Part shown: piece by piece, positions 40,716-55,156 of the stretch
Position numbering within the stretch: position 1 is the first letter of the stretch
Layout: each line of letters starts with the position of its first letter
Origin: Lama glama
Taxonomy: Eukaryota
DNA: 64,000 bases
Direction of reading: 5' to 3'
Assembly (NCBI GenBank): GCA_028534125.1
Contig: CM052817.1
Coordinates: forward strand, 29,390,001-29,454,000
Position numbers and translations under genes: made by a program
Notes under the pieces: model-generated
Databases searched by the model: none
What the model saw: only the letters and a program-made list of their open reading frames with translations
What the model was told of the DNA's origin: nothing

Positions 40716-41739
40716 AATTGAAAATCGTGGTACAGATTGCTGCTCAACAGAACAGCTTCACTGGAATCACACAAATTTAAATCTTATTACCCCTACACTT
40801 ACCTGAATTCTATGTTGACCAGCAATACTGTTTTACTTTCTTTTGCAATCAATTCTTTGTTTAGAACACAGCTTCTCTCATCTCCTCACCCCTATTTTTA
40901 AGCAGTAAATAATCCTATTTTATTTCTGTATCTGAAGGCATCCTATGAAAACAGATTGAATAAGATTTTCAAACTGAGAAATTTATAATAAATTGTTTCC
41001 TGTTCTCTGTCTTCTTTAAATAAGAATATTTCCATCTTTTCTTCTTTTTCTGATTTTGCTCCATGATTCCTTCTGGTCTTTAAATATTAGAATTAGAGAA
41101 AATATATAAATAAGACACTTCACCTACAACTACCACCTCACCACCACCATTTCTACATTGTTTCTTCTACTTCTGTTGGTACTTCTCCTGGTTAGTACAT
41201 TTCAGGTGCTGATCTTACCACTTGACAGTAACTGACTCACAAGATCAACATGACAAACTCATAGGAAGTTTCTTTTAGTAGCCTCAATTTGCAGTTGAGA
41301 AAACTATGGCCAAATTCAAAAATGGCTACACACTCACCCACTAAGGTGAAATAGGTATTTGAGGGTCATATCAGGAGTAGGAAATGAGGGAACACAAGAT
41401 ACTCAGAGCCTGACCTACACTAGGTGCATAGTGGGCAACAGTTCTAATGAAATTCACCTTCCTCAGTTGTTCACCGGCAGTGGATGTCATAAAGCATATA
41501 ACACATGGGATCCTGGAAGAATAATCTTTAGGTGGTCCCACCTGTAATAAGAGTATAGTGGAGTGGAAATTGCTATGCCAGACATTATGAATTTTTCAGT
41601 AAGTAAAAAAACTCTTAAGGTAAATTAGAAGGATAGCATAATGCTACTTCTCTCAATCAATCACCCAGACATACTTTAAGATTCCATCTTTGGTGATAAA
41701 TGAATTGGATTTACTTCTCATCTCCACCATTCAGTTCTA

Positions 41740-41890
41740 TAACCTTTGTCACTGATTCACTTCTCTGGTTCTTCATTTCTTCATCTATACAATAGGGCTA
41801 ATAATAGTGTGTACCTATTTAGGGCTATTATGAGAAGTGAATTTGACAATCCATACAGCATGTATCTCACCAAGCCTGGCCCATAATTAC
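41740..41890 (+). mobile_element. MIR fragment
   Basis: 'cttcatttcttcatctatacaatagggctaataatagtgtgtacctatttagggctattatgaga'. Confidence 0.65.
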
Positions 41891-43890
41891 AATATTCATT
41901 TGGAAATGACCAAAACTCTGTAAATCTTCAGTGTGTTTTAGAAACATTTTTTCTAATCCAAAGGATTCATGGGCTTAAAAACCAAATTCACCATCAGTTT
42001 AACTTTTAAAAATACTGAAGAAAAATCCAGTTCTCTTCCAAAATACCATTCCTATAAACTAAGAGAAAACCAGCTGAGAACATGGGTCTTGTGGCTCCCC
42101 TTAAGATCACTGAACCAGGGCTGAGATGGATTTTACCATCTGAAGTCTTTCTTCAGATGAAGTTCCATATTTGATTCTTTTTATGTGTGCTCAAGTGAAC
42201 AGTAACAATTTATAAATGTCCTGTGGTGGTAATATGCCACAAATTCTCCTCTCTGCAACAAGATTCAGCCAATTAAACAGCTTTAGGTAAGAAACTATAG
42301 GACATTCTACTCAGCAGGAGCACTACCTACCACCTGTATAGTTAATAATGCATTTCTCCCTTACCCCTCACACAGCTTTTGAACTATTACATTTTACTGA
42401 TCATTTGGATCCAGAGGTCTAATTTTTAAAATAAAAACCCAAGTGATATATATATATATTTTTTTCTTTTTCTCGAACAATGATCTTCCTCTGTTTAAAA
42501 TATTCCAAGAGACTTTCTCCTGCAGAATTTGATATCCACTGATGCGTGTCTCAAACATAAAAATGAGCCTGTAAAGAATTATTGTTTCACTTAACCTCCT
42601 TGGGCTAAAAGATGCCATGCTGTGGTAAGTCAGTGACAAAAAACAAACACTTCAATAGGAAAATCAGCAAGGAATTCCAAAGAATAATAAGACTCCTCTG
42701 ACACTTATCTGGAAATATCCATAATTTCTATTACCATATAGGAAAGTCCAGAAGTAAACGGTCTTAAAGACAGTCTTCTAACAGTGAGATATAATATTCT
42801 GTGAAAATAAAACATTTAAAATTGAAAATAAAATTCTTCAGTTTAAGAAAGTTCTTATTCCTTTGATACTTGTTGAAACATTACAATACAAAAAGAATGA
42901 GGAATACCATCACTCTTTACAAGGAAAGTTTATACACATTATCTCATTTGTTTTGTCACTAATGTTCCACATTTGAAATCTGGCGTAGCTTCCGTAATCA
43001 GAAGTTTGGACACACTCAGAATTCTCATCGTATTTTCAAATGATTATACGTAGAGCCCTGGATGTCTCAGGATCCCCTGTTAGTTTATTTTTCAGCGTGT
43101 TTCTTAAATATTAGCTGACCCCTAACAACATCACACAGGTCCATGCTGTCTTTCATTCCATCTGCAGTCAATAATTGTTCCAATTTTTGGAGTCAGGTTC
43201 GTCCTCTTTTGTATGAATCCTGCTAAACTATCTCAACCATTGCTTACTAACCTGTGATGAAGTGTTTGTTTTCACCCATCTTAGGCCTTTTCTAAGATTC
43301 AGCTGAACATTATCTTAACTCACCATGTGGTTTCATCATTTGTCTCATTACTCTACCTCTGCCATTTCTAAAGCTATTCTGGAAAGGCAAAGATTTTTTT
43401 TTAATGACTTCTAAGTCCTTTCATTATGAAAATAATTGATTCTATATACCCTTAGTGTAATTATTCTTCCTTTATCATAGAATTAGGAAATTCAGTTTTT
43501 TCTTTATGTGATATACTTTGGGCATGCCTAATTTAAAAAGATTCAGTTTTCGTATTTGTCCATCTAATTGCTAAATGTGGATTGTCTACACACTCTAGAT
43601 TATTGTCTCCTCTAAATAAATCTATACAGTACCTTTTCACAATTTCTATACCCTTGATGTCTTCATCAGTGATTCTTGCCATGTAGGGTAACAGTTCGTT
43701 CTACCAAATTCTTTCAAGATACCGACTGTCACTAGGGGTGGTCTGTAGGAGATCTTTTTGAGTGAGTGAAGAGCTCACTTGTAATAGGGTCGAAATCAAC
43801 TGGGAGCAGAATGTCCTCAGACATTCGTTCTTCCTGTGAAGTTCTCTAATCACAGGGTGATAGAGCTGCTTTAGTATGGACATATCTTAC

Positions 43891-44334
43891 TGTGTCAGTC
43901 AGGTTCTCTAAAACCAGAGCCAATGGAGAGAAACAAAGAGTGAGTGAGTGAGAGAGAGGGTGAGGGGGAGATTGAGAGAAAAGGGCAGAGGAGGAAGAGA
44001 TTTATTTTCTTTAAGAAGTAAGGTCAAATGATTATGAGATCTGGCAAGTCCCAAAACTGTAAAACTGTAGACCAGGCTGGCAGGCTGGAAACTCAGGCAG
44101 GAACTGAAGATGCAGTCTTCAGGCAGAATTCTGTCTTCTCCGTGAGGCCTTAGGTTTTGCTCTTGAGGTCTTCAGTGGGTTGGATAAAACCCACCCACAG
44201 TATGAGGTTAATTTCCTGACTGTCAATGTTGATCACCTCCACAAGATACCTTTAGGGCAACATCTAGATTAGTGTTTGAATAAATAAGTGGGTGCCATGG
44301 TATAGCCAACTGATACATAAAACTAACCATCACA
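43891..44334 (-). mobile_element. ERVL solo LTR (MLT2C/D-like)
   Basis: 'tgtgtcagtcaggttctc', 'ggctggcaggctggaaactcaggcagg', end 'tgatacataaaactaaccatcaca'. Confidence 0.85.
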
Positions 44335-44866
44335 TTCACCTCCCCTTTTTCCCTTGAAAAATCGTTATGCACAGTGATCTCAAATTCAAGTTTTATTGTC
44401 TTTCAATATTTAATCATGGACCATTAAATGAGTGTCCTTTTAAGTATCATCTTTGACTTTCAAAGAAATGTCATTAGGCATAAATTATGTCAGGCAACTT
44501 AAGCTCTCTGAAGTTCCATTCTTTCTTTAATAAATGATAGAGTAATATAATAAATATAAAATAAATATAGTAAATTGAGATGGTGAATCATGTCTTATTA
44601 ACATTATAGTGTTTTGTTTGAAAGAACAAATTAGAAACCATTTAAGAAACTTCAAACTGGTATGCAAATATCAGGAGTTACACAAGATCTCTAGATAGGT
44701 TTTTAATCTTTTTTGTTTGTTTTTCTTCTTGTTTTGGCACTTGATGGAGCTGGAAACTTGAAAGTGGGCATTCTGTCACCTCACTTAAAGACTTCCAGAT
44801 TCCACACAAGGTGCCCAAACATTCCATCTGAAAGAGAGAGTTTTCAGTAACCAAGATGCTGTTTCA

Positions 44867-44973
44867 AAAAATATGAAAACGAATATACGTATGTATAAGC
44901 ATGATGGAGACGTTGTGCTGCACACCAGAAATTGACATTGTAACTGACTGTGCTTCAATAAAAAATGAAGAAA
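44867..44973 (+). mobile_element. Very short 5'-truncated lineage L1 3' end
   Basis: Same 3'UTR terminus as 21520-21621; perfect 14-bp TSD aagatgctgtttca at 44853-44866 and 44974-44987. Confidence 0.9.
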
Positions 44974-45294
44974 AAGATGCTGTTTCATCTATCAAAAAGT
45001 AAGGTCCAGACAACTGATGTTCAGCTAGAGTTGGCTTTCCCTGTCACATTTAATGCAGTAAGGAGAATAGAAAACAGAACTGTATACTCTATCCTCAGTT
45101 AAACTGGAACTATATGAAATCTAAAACTGTTAAATAAAATGAAGGGTTTTCATAATTAATGACATAATAGAATGGTAAAGGAAACTGTATAAATAAGGTG
45201 CCTCCAGTTACAGACCTCAGAAAATGTCATAAGAATATTCTTTTCTATGCAGGCCATGTGTACAGACACACAAGACTTTCACAGGCCCTGTTTA

Positions 45295-48200
45295 ATGTTT
45301 TTTATAAAAAAAAAGTTTATTTAAGACAGCTTTTTTTAAGAGCAGTTTTGGGTTCACAGCAAAATTGAGAAAATAGAGATTTCCCATATACCCTCTGCCC
45401 ACACATGCACAGCCTCTCACATTATCCACATCCCCCACTAGAGTGGTAAATTTATTATGATTGATGAACCTTATGGTGTCATACATTCTATAATCTGGAC
45501 AAATGTATTCATCACATGGTATCATACAGAGTATTTTCACAGTCCTTTTAAAAATCCTCTGTATTCTTCCTATACACCCTCTGCCTCCTCCCACCCCTGG
45601 CAACCACTGATCATTTTACTGTCTCCATACTTTGCCTTTTCCACAATGTTACATAGTTGAAATCATACAGTATGCAGCCTTTTCAGATTGACTTTTTTCA
45701 CTTAGTAATGTGCATTTAAGGGGCCTTGATGTCTTTTCGTGATTTGATGGCTCATCTCATCTTAGCACTAAATAATATTCCATTTTCTGGGTATATCACC
45801 GCTTGCTTATTCATTCACCTACTGAAGGACATCTTGGTTACTACCAAGTTTTTGCATTTATAAATAAAACTACCATAAATATCCATGTGTAGGCTTTTTT
45901 TTTTATAAATATAAGTTCACAATTTAATTGGGTAAATACCAGGGACTGTAATTGCTGGATCATATGTAAGAGTATGATTAATTTTTTAAGAAACCATCAA
46001 ACTGCCTTGCAAAGTGAGTATACCATTTTGCATTCCCACCAGCAATGTATGAGGGTTTGCATTGTTCCATATCCTTGCCAGCATTTGGTGTTTTCAGCAT
46101 TCCAGATTTTGGTCTCTCTATAGACATGCAGTAGCAAGTCCGTCTTGTCTTAACTTGTCTCTTCCTGATGACATATGATGTGGAGCATCTTTTCAGACAC
46201 TTATCTGTGTCTCTTCTTTGGTGAGTTCTCTGTTAAGGTCTTTAGCCTATTTTAAAGATCATGCTGCTTTCCTGTTGAGTTTTGATAGTTCTTTGTATAT
46301 TTTGGATAACAGTCCTTTATCAGATGTGTCTTTGCAAGTATTTCCTCCCATTCTGTGGCTTGTCATCTCTTTCCCTTGATACTGTCTTTTTCACAGCAGA
46401 AATTTCTCATTTTAATGAAGTTCACCTTATCAATTATTTCATTCTTTGACTGCAACTTTGGTGTTGTATTTAAAAATGTATCATCATCCCCCATGTCATC
46501 TAGGTTTTCTCCTGTTATCATCTGGGAGTTATATAATTTTGTGTTTTAACACTTAGATCTATGATCCGTTCTGTGTTAACTTTTGTGAACAGTGTAAATT
46601 CTGTGTCTGGATGCACACTTTTGCTCGCGGATAGCCAGTTGTTCTAGCACCATTCGTAGAAAAGACTATCTTTGCTCCATTGTGCTGCCTTTAATCATTT
46701 ATCAAAGATCAGTTAACTACATTTATGAGGATCTGTTTCTGGGCTCTCTCTTCTGTTTCATTCACCTACTTTTCCATTCTTTCACTAATACCACTCTGTC
46801 TTGATTACTGTAGCTTTATAGTAAGACTTGAAGTCAGGTAGTGTCAGTCTCCAACTTTATTCATCTCCTTTAATATAATACTGGTTATTCTGGGTATTTT
46901 GTCTCTCCATATGAACTTTAGAGTCAATTTGTCAATATCCACAAAATAACTTGCTGTTTTTTATTTGGATTGCATTGATTCTATAGATCAATTTGGAAAG
47001 AACTGACATCTTGACAGTATTGAATCTTTACCTATGAATATGAAATATCTCTCCATTTTTTTAGTTCTTTGATTTTTTTTGGTCAGAGTTTTGTAGTTTT
47101 CCTCATATAGGTCTTGTACACATTTTTTTTAATTTATACCTTAGTATCTATTGCTGTATATAATGTAAATGGTATTGTTTCAAATTTCAAATTCCACTTG
47201 TTCATTGCTACTATATAGGAAAGTAATTGGCTTTGTATACTGACCTTGTATCCTGCAGCTCTGTTATAATCACTTGTTAGTTACACAGATTTTCTTGTTG
47301 ATTCTTTGGCATTTTCTACATAGATGATCATGACATCTGCAAACAAAGACAGTTTTATTTATTTCCTTCCCAACCCATATTCTTTTTATTTCCTTTTTTA
47401 ATCTTCTTGCATTGGCACAAACTTCTGGGGTTTCAATGTTGAAAAGGAGCGGTAAGAGGGGATGTTATTGCCATATACCTGACTGTCACGGAAAAGCTTT
47501 GAGTTTCTTACCATCAAGTATTATGTTAGCTATAGGCATTTTGTAAATATTCTTTTATCAGGTTGAGAAAGTTCCCCTCTATTCCTAGTTTTCATAGAGT
47601 TTTTATCATAAATGAATGTTGGGCTTTTTCAAATGCTTTTTCTGCATTTATTGATATAATCATGTATCTTTTTTTCTTTTTTAGCTTATTAATGTAATGC
47701 ACTATACTGATTTTTTAATATATATTTTTACTGAAGTATAGTGAGTTTACAATGTTGTGTCAATTTCTGGTGTACAGCACAATACTTCATTCATATAGGA
47801 ACATACATATATTTGTTTTCATACTCTCTCTCACCATAAGTTACTACAAAATATTGAATATAGTTCCCTGTGCTATATGGTATAAACTTGTTGTTTATTT
47901 ATTTTTTATATATCAGTTAGTATCTACAAATCTCGAACTCCAAATTTACCCCTTCCCACCCCCTTCCCCCACTGGTAACTATAAATTTGTGAGTCTGTTT
48001 CTGTTTTGTAGATGAGTTCATTAGTGTATCCTCCCCCCCCTTTTTTAGATTCCACATATGAGTAATATCATATGGTATTTTTCTTTCTCTTTCTGGCTTA
48101 CTTCACTTAGAATGACATTCTCCAGGTCCATTCATGTAGCTGTAAATGGCATTGTTTTATTCTTTTTTATGACTGAGTAGTATTCCATTGTGTAAATATA

Positions 48201-49335
48201 CCACAACTTCTTTATCCAGGCATCTGTCAATGGACATTTAGGTTGTTTTTAAATGTTGAATCAGCCTTGTATACTGGGAAAAAGTCACACAGAACCATGG
48301 TGTATAATTCTTTTTACATATTGTTGGATTTGATTTGCTAAAATTTTATTGAGGGTTTTTGCAACTGTATTTCATACTGGAGATTTTACTCTGTGGTTTC
48401 TTTTCTTGTAATGTCTTTTCATGGTTTTAGTATTAGGGTAATGTTGACCTTATAGAATGAGCTAGGAAGTACTCTATTTCTACTCTCTGAAAGAGGTTAT
48501 AGAGAATTGGTATAACATCTTCCTTAAATGTTTAATGGAATTCACCAGTGATCCCTTCTGGGCCTGGTGCTTTCTTTTTTGGAAAATTATTAATTACTGA
48601 TTCAATTTCTTTAACTGATGTAGGCCTATTCAGATTCCTTTTATATAAATTTTGGTAAATTGTATCTTTCAAGCAATTGGTCTGTTTCATATGGGTTATC
48701 AGATTTGTGGGAAGAAAGTTATTTGTAGTATTTTTTAAATTATCCTTTGTCCATGGGATCTGTAATGATGTCACCTCTTTTATTTTTGGTATTAGTAATT
48801 TGTGTCCACTCTTTTTTATTTTATTTATTTTTCTAATTAGCCTAGCTAGAGGCTTATCAGTTTTATTAGTCTTTTTTTTTTTTTTCAAAGAATCAGCTTT
48901 TGGTTCCATTGATTTTTCTCTAATGATTTCCCTGTTTTCAGTTTAACTGATTTCCACTCTAATTCTTAGTATTCTTTTCTTCTGCTTGCTTTTGTTTTAA
49001 TTGGTTCTTCTTGTTCTAGTTTCCTAATGTGAGAACTTAGATTACTGATTTAAAATATTTCATCTTTTTTAGTATATGTATCCGGTGTTATAAATGTCCC
49101 TCTAAGTACTGCTTTTACTGTATATGACACATTCTGATAATTCATGTTTTCATTTTCAGTTAGCTCAAAATACTTTAAAATTTCTTTTGAGATTTCTTAT
49201 TTGACCAATGTGTTATTTAGAAAAGTTTTATTTAATTTCCATGTGTTTTCGGATTTTCCAGTTGTCTTTCTGCTATTTATTTTTAGTTTCATTCCACTGT
49301 GTCCTAAAAGTAGACACTGTGTTATATTTATATTA
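45295..49335 (-). mobile_element. Old L1 (L1MC/L1MD-like), 3'UTR plus much of ORF2, with a nested younger L1
   Basis: 3' end 'agcagttttgggttcacagcaaaattgag'; ORF 48532-48909 has [41 protein letters not shown]. Confidence 0.9.
47712..48247 (-). mobile_element. Lineage L1 3' end nested in the older L1
   Basis: Closely similar to 22380-22915 ('tttacaatgttgtgtcaatttctggtgtacagc', 'agattccacatatgagt'); the host L1 resumes at 'aaatgttgaatcagcc'. Confidence 0.9.
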
Positions 49336-49384
49336 TATTCTGGTGATAAAGCACCTTGTTTTCAGTATTGTTATAGTGACTAGG

Positions 49385-51045
49385 TGTATCCTGCAGAAGA
49401 GCACTCCAGCATTGTAAGATGCCACTGGTCCTTAGCTGAGCATTCAATATCCCAATTCACACATTCTGTCAGGTCAGTTGTCAGAATGATGACATACTTG
49501 GTAATTAGCTCATCACTACATCTCTTGGTCTGCAGCAATATGTATGGGATACCATGTGAAAGCATGAGGAATTCTGTAAGCCCTGAAGTGATGTTGGGCT
49601 GAGAGGTACTATTGGCAGAGAAGATCGACTCATATTTGGAACATGAATCATTTTGGTTTGTGAGAATCACTGTTGCCTTTAAGGTGAAATGGGCCTGATA
49701 CAATCAACAAGTCTCTAAATATCTGGAGAGCTCAGTATCAGTCCTTCCACATGGCAAACCAGTGGTAGTTAGATTAGCCTTCAAGTGAAAGAGCCATGTT
49801 GTTGATCCCACATAAATCCTTCATCCCCACCACCATGGCCATTCTCTGAGTTAACTATGTGAGTATATGAGTTGCTGTATAGAGAAGCTGGCTAAGTCAT
49901 TGTCTTCATCTGCTCCTTGAGGGCATCCTCTGAAGTGGATGCTGAGAAACATTGACATGCAACACAACAGACAAACTCTGTAGCCTCTTTAACTTTATAA
50001 CTCCATGCTTCCAGTTTTTAAATCTTTTCATTTCAGATCTCTGAGCAACTAGCAAGTCTATTTCAGCACCAGAATTTGCTGTATATAACTCATTCATCTC
50101 TTTCTTCAGGCAGAACCCATAGCTTTCACTATTAAAAGACCTTCCCTTCAACACTTGTTTTCAGGGAGGCCTACTCAATGAGGCTTTAATATGGGGGCAG
50201 TTCATCTTTCACTAGCATAAGTGTATCCACTAATGAGTATTAGTCCTACAACATTTCCTTGTCTACCAACTGGTCATGAGAAACAACCCTTCAGCACATG
50301 GCTGTGAACTGAGGGAAAGGCTTTGTTACATCAGCAATATGCACCGTTGAGTCTTAACTATCTGTTAGAGCCTAATCCAGAATGCAGAACTTCACTTATA
50401 GAATGTGTTGCTTCTCTGCCTACCTGACTTTTGTAATTCCTTGGATCTAATGATGGCTGGATCATGTTGGGAAAGTCATGTTGCCATATCTTGTTCCATT
50501 GTCGGTTCTCAATCTTTACTAGGGTGTAGTACCAGGCCAAGGGCATTTTCCAAATAGTGCATAGTTCTTGGCTATAGAAGAATTACTGTACTTAAAACTC
50601 CAGAGATATGGGCTACAACTATCCTATTAGAGCTTACAAAGGGCTTCACTCATGATACATAAAGTAACACCTTGTTTTCTGGTGGCAAAAGAGACAGTAT
50701 GGCATTCACTAGAGCATGGACTTGCCACAGAACTCTCTCTTGCTTTGAATTCTATTTGAAACTGGCAGCCTAGTGTTTCATCCAATAAATAGGTGAGAGG
50801 AGCATTTCCAAGTGCAGTATGTGTTCCTAAATTCACTAAAATCTTTGACTCTTTCACAGTGGTAGGAGGCATGGGGCAGGGAGTAGGTAGTGGGGAGCAA
50901 CAACTTGCCTTTTGTCTTATTGGGGATGTCTCAGCATGACTCAGACCACTGGACTCCTAAAACTTCACCAACGTCTCATGCACCTGAATCATCATAGACT
51001 TCATTTCCTATACTCTGACACATATACGTCTTACAAAGACATCTA
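49385..51045 (-). mobile_element. ERVL/MaLR-class internal (pol) remnant
   Basis: Minus strand near 49855-49795 translates SENGHGGGDEGFMW, similar to the ERVL integrase N-terminal HEQSGHGGRDGGYAW; upstream 'LHVNVSQ' resembles ERVL 'SHVNAHQ'. Confidence 0.6.
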
Positions 51046-51049
51046 ACCC

Positions 51050-51790
51050 CATAGAAAAAGAGGTGATTGATATAAACAGAATGCTAAAAATAAAAACAGT
51101 TCTTAAACATGAGAAGATTTTCAGCTTTATTTATAAGAACAGGAATGTAAAGTAAAATTGCACTTTGATACTATGTTTATCTTTCAAGTTATCAAAGGAC
51201 AAAAACGTCTGTTAGAATGAAAAATCGACTCACATACATATTGCTAGACAAATAAGACAAATATCTAGGACAGTCAATTTAGTAATATCTATCTCTCAAA
51301 ATATTAAGTGTATATGCCATTTGTCCTAGCCATTTCTTTCCCTAGAATTATCCTACAAATAATCTTGCATTTGAGAAAAATGACATATGTAAAAAGTTAC
51401 TAAGTAACACTTTATTTACAATTAACAGATTGAGAAATGACTTAATAATGGATTGGTTAAATAATGCTATTCAAAGGGCAAAGACCTTCAGAAAGACTGA
51501 AATAGATTTTTAGCTACTGATACAAAATGATATCTAAAATATTTTTAAGCAAAAAAAGCAAGGTACTGAACAGTGTATATGGCATACTACCATGTTTGTT
51601 TACCTCTGTTTATGAAGAATCTGAAATAATGCTCAAGAAATTCATTAATTTTAAAAATGGCTTCCTCATGGGTGGGAAATTGATTGTTTCTATGACAAAT
51701 GTGTAACAACTACTTTTTTTTTTACTGCATACTTATTTATTCCTTTTGAATTTTTTACTACATGCATGCATTATTCATTTTTAAAAATCG
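51050..51790 (+). mobile_element. Ancient L1 3' end (L1ME-like)
   Basis: 'atatgccatttgtcctagccatttctttccctagaattatccta', 'aaaaaaagcaaggtactgaacagtgtatatggcatactaccat'. Confidence 0.7.
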
Positions 51791-52235
51791 AAACAAATCC
51801 TACTTAATTCAATTTAAACTTTCACTTATATCTAATTCAAAACTCTATCCCTCCCTCTAGCTCAGATCTGAGCAGCAACTTGAGGATTTATAATAGGGAA
51901 GAGAGGAAGAGTAAGAGCAGTTTGTTCATCTTCTTTATCTCCTCCCACTTGTGGCCAGTTCTTCCAAGATTGAGACAGGGGAGAAAAAGATTAAACAAAA
52001 GGAATTAAAAGTCTTATGAGTTTTTTAAGACATAGGGAAATTCATACACTGTTGTTAATTTTGTTAAAATAATGGAAAATAATTTGGCTATATCTGATGA
52101 ATTTTGATAAAATCTTGTGGATTCAGTACTCATTGGAGTTTGGACATCATTGACCTGCCATAGCCTTGAAAACTCTGGCTGTCTCATTACTCAATTTGGG
52201 CAATACTTAACCCAGCTCCTTTGGGATGCCTTTTG

Positions 52236-52727
52236 TACTCCTCAGAGTAACCCTAGGTGCTCTAACAAATAAACCCTGGAATGTAAGTGGCGTAATAAAA
52301 TATAATCTTATTTCTTGCTCATCTAATAATCTAATGGGCATATTCCTAGTCAGTGGGGTTTAGGAATGAGTATGAGGGCTTTTGGTTTGCATTCATTTAA
52401 ACCCACATTGTCAAAGGCTCTGCCATCTTCAACATGTAACTTCGTAAGATTTCTTGGGCATTGCTGTACAGCAGTGGGAAAATATGGTGCTGTACAGAAG
52501 GGGAAAATATGGTGGCTTGCAGTATGGGAGTTTTATGGATCAGGCCTGTAAGTGGAATGCACCACTACAATCTGTTTCATGGGTCAGAACTCATTGAAAT
52601 AGGCAGACTTTACTGTAAGTGAAGCTGAGAAATGTGGTCCCGGACTGGTCAGCAATTTTTTACTGACAATTCTACACCATTGAAAGTCAAGCATAACATT
52701 TTTCATCAGTTACTTGTCTCTGCCATA
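52236..52727 (-). mobile_element. Old MaLR LTR (MLT1J/K-like)
   Basis: 'tgctctaacaaataaaccc', 'ttttatggatcaggcctgtaagtgg', 'gaagctgagaaatgtggtc', end 'gtctctgccata'. Confidence 0.65.
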
Positions 52728-53062
52728 TGTGTCTCAGCAATTTCCCATGTCAGTTGCATCTCACAGCTGCTCATTGCTGAAAGACAGATTGCCTTTTTCT
52801 TGCAGGAGGCTACTCTTCGGCAAAGCATATTAAATACAACACAAGGTTGACTACCTTTTCTACTTTGCCCAAGGGAATCTTAATTTCCAAATGTGTAACA
52901 GACAGTTAGCATCTTTGTCTGTATGTGTGTGTATCTGTGTGTATATATATATTCCTTACTCCAGAATATATGGCAAAGTATTTCAAAATCACTATGATCC
53001 ATTCAAGCATATCCATTACAAACTCAAGGTTCTCTGTCTAAGTAAGTGTCAAAGCTAAAATA

Positions 53063-53555
53063 CTGTATTCAGTGGGCATTCTGGGAAACAGACACTAAGT
53101 CAGAGTTACTAGTACAAGAGACATCCTGGAGAGTGGTGTATGGGTAAAGGCTTGTGAAAGGGAGAGGAAGTAGGACTGGGCCATAAAGATTTCTAATATT
53201 GAAGCAGATCTGACATCTATGAAAGGAAGGCTTGGAGGAAGCAGAATTGGTAGGGAAAAGGTCAGACTGCAGTGCAGATCTGCAAAAGTGTTATTCCCAT
53301 GGACAGCACTAGAGCAGAGGTTGCCAGTTAAAAGAATTGCACATTTGTCCAAAATGGCCACATGCTAGTAATATAACACATTCAATCATTGGTTGGGCTG
53401 GACAAAAAAAGGAGATGAATTCATCTTGGAAGATGAGGTAAGCTCTGAAGGCATTAGCAGTTGAAGGGTAGTAGCTAAAAGCACTCCTTGAAGTTGAATG
53501 GGGAGTTCATTTTTAGGAGGAAATATGAGCTAAAACCTCCATGGCTGCTTTAGCT
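53063..53555 (-). mobile_element. Old ERVL-type LTR, family uncertain
   Basis: Start 'tgtattcagtgggcattctgggaaacagacactaag' resembles reverse ERVL LTR ends. Confidence 0.45.
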
Positions 53556-54397
53556 ATGGACTCAGATTTCCATTATTTCAGGTCTCTTCAGTTTCTATGA
53601 GTAGTTCTGTTGGATTAGTCCTCACTTAAATTGGCTGATTCATCCAACTACCATCTCATCTCCATACCTCCATACGAACTGCATGGGTTGAGAAGAAGAT
53701 GTATCACAATGCTTCCATTAGGAAGTTAGCCTTTCTGTTTTAGGAAACTTTCCCTTGACTCCTTGGATCCTCCTTCCTTAGGAAGAAAATGGCTGATGTG
53801 ATTCTTAGTAATGGGTCAGGAAGCTTCTAAATACAAAGAAAGAGCATGTCTGGTATCTCCTTGGCATTCTTGGAAATGGGAAAACTTGGACCACTCTCCA
53901 ACAATTTTGAAAAGAGCCTCAAGAAAGGAAAAAAAAAAGAAAAGGTGTCAAATAAAAAAAAATGAAAGTCATAGTGGGTTAAACCAATATATCTAACATT
54001 TGAATAACTGGAGTTGAAAAAGGAAAAAGAAAAGGAAAAGATGAAATACTAGAACTTATCCAAATAATCGAGGGACATATGTCTGCAGATGGAAAGGAGC
54101 CCAGTGACACCTAGCAAAATAAAGACCTGTATAAAGTGACTTTTTTCTACGATGTAGATAATTCCTCACAAAATCTGACCTTTAAGTTCTTGGTTCTTTC
54201 TCTTCCAATGATCTAACTCTTCACTCTATTTCAGGCACAATGTTCATGTTCATAGCATTAGTATTTAAATGAATAATAACTCATTTTCCTAATAATTTTA
54301 TTTTCAAGCACCATAGTCTGTGGCCACAACCTTTTCAGTTACTACTACTTTATGACACACACTCTAGTAATGTACTTGCAATGCAATGACCCTAGGA

Positions 54398-54896
54398 TGT
54401 TGATGGTCCTCAATACCATCTCCAGTTTCAATGGTTTGCTAGGAGGATTCATGGGGCCCAAGATGCAATCATCCTCATTGCCAAAATTTATTACAGCAAA
54501 AGGACACCAAGCAAAGTCAGCAACCAGGCGCAAGCTTCCAAGAGTTCTTTCCCAGTAGAGTCACATAAGCTAAGAGTCGTTACAGCATGTGTGAAAGTTT
54601 ATCAGAGAAGCTCGTTAGAACCTCAGTGCCTAAGGATTTTATTAGGGACAAGTCATGTGGGTACTCTCTCCCTAGCATATATCAAAATTTCAGACTCAGA
54701 GAAGGAAAGCTGATGTTTAGCATAAATCACTATTGTTTGCACACCCAGTTTAGATACAGTAAGCCATTCTTATCAGGAGGAAGTAATGAAAACCCTCCCC
54801 AAATCCAAGCTGCCATGCCAGCCAAAATCCAGTCTTGTAAGTAGACTTTGAAAGGATAGCAGTCTCACATGCACTATGTTAACTATTTTCTGCACA
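54398..54896 (-). mobile_element. MER21-like LTR
   Basis: Minus strand starts TGTGCAGAAAATAGTTAACATAG..GAGACTGCTATCCTT, the MER21 5' signature. Confidence 0.8.
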
Positions 54897-55156
54897 CACT
54901 AAAACATTTTCATGTCCTTCACCCCGTCACATCCTCATATCCGGTCTTCCCGAAGTCAGAGTCTATGGTATACATACCCCAGATCCCCTTCCTGTTCTCT
55001 GTATGACACTGGGGGGATATCATGTTTATACCTAAGTCTCTAATTATTTCTTTAAATTGTGTATTATAACAGAAAAATAAAAAGATCTCATACTAGGTTC
55101 ATGACTAATGGCCCTTAATTTTTTTGTCCAGAAATTCTACTAAAATTCCTTCTTTT

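Noticed and set aside
52462..52513. ~26-bp tandem duplication
   Set aside because: Two adjacent imperfect copies inside an old LTR with no spacers; ordinary slippage, not an array.
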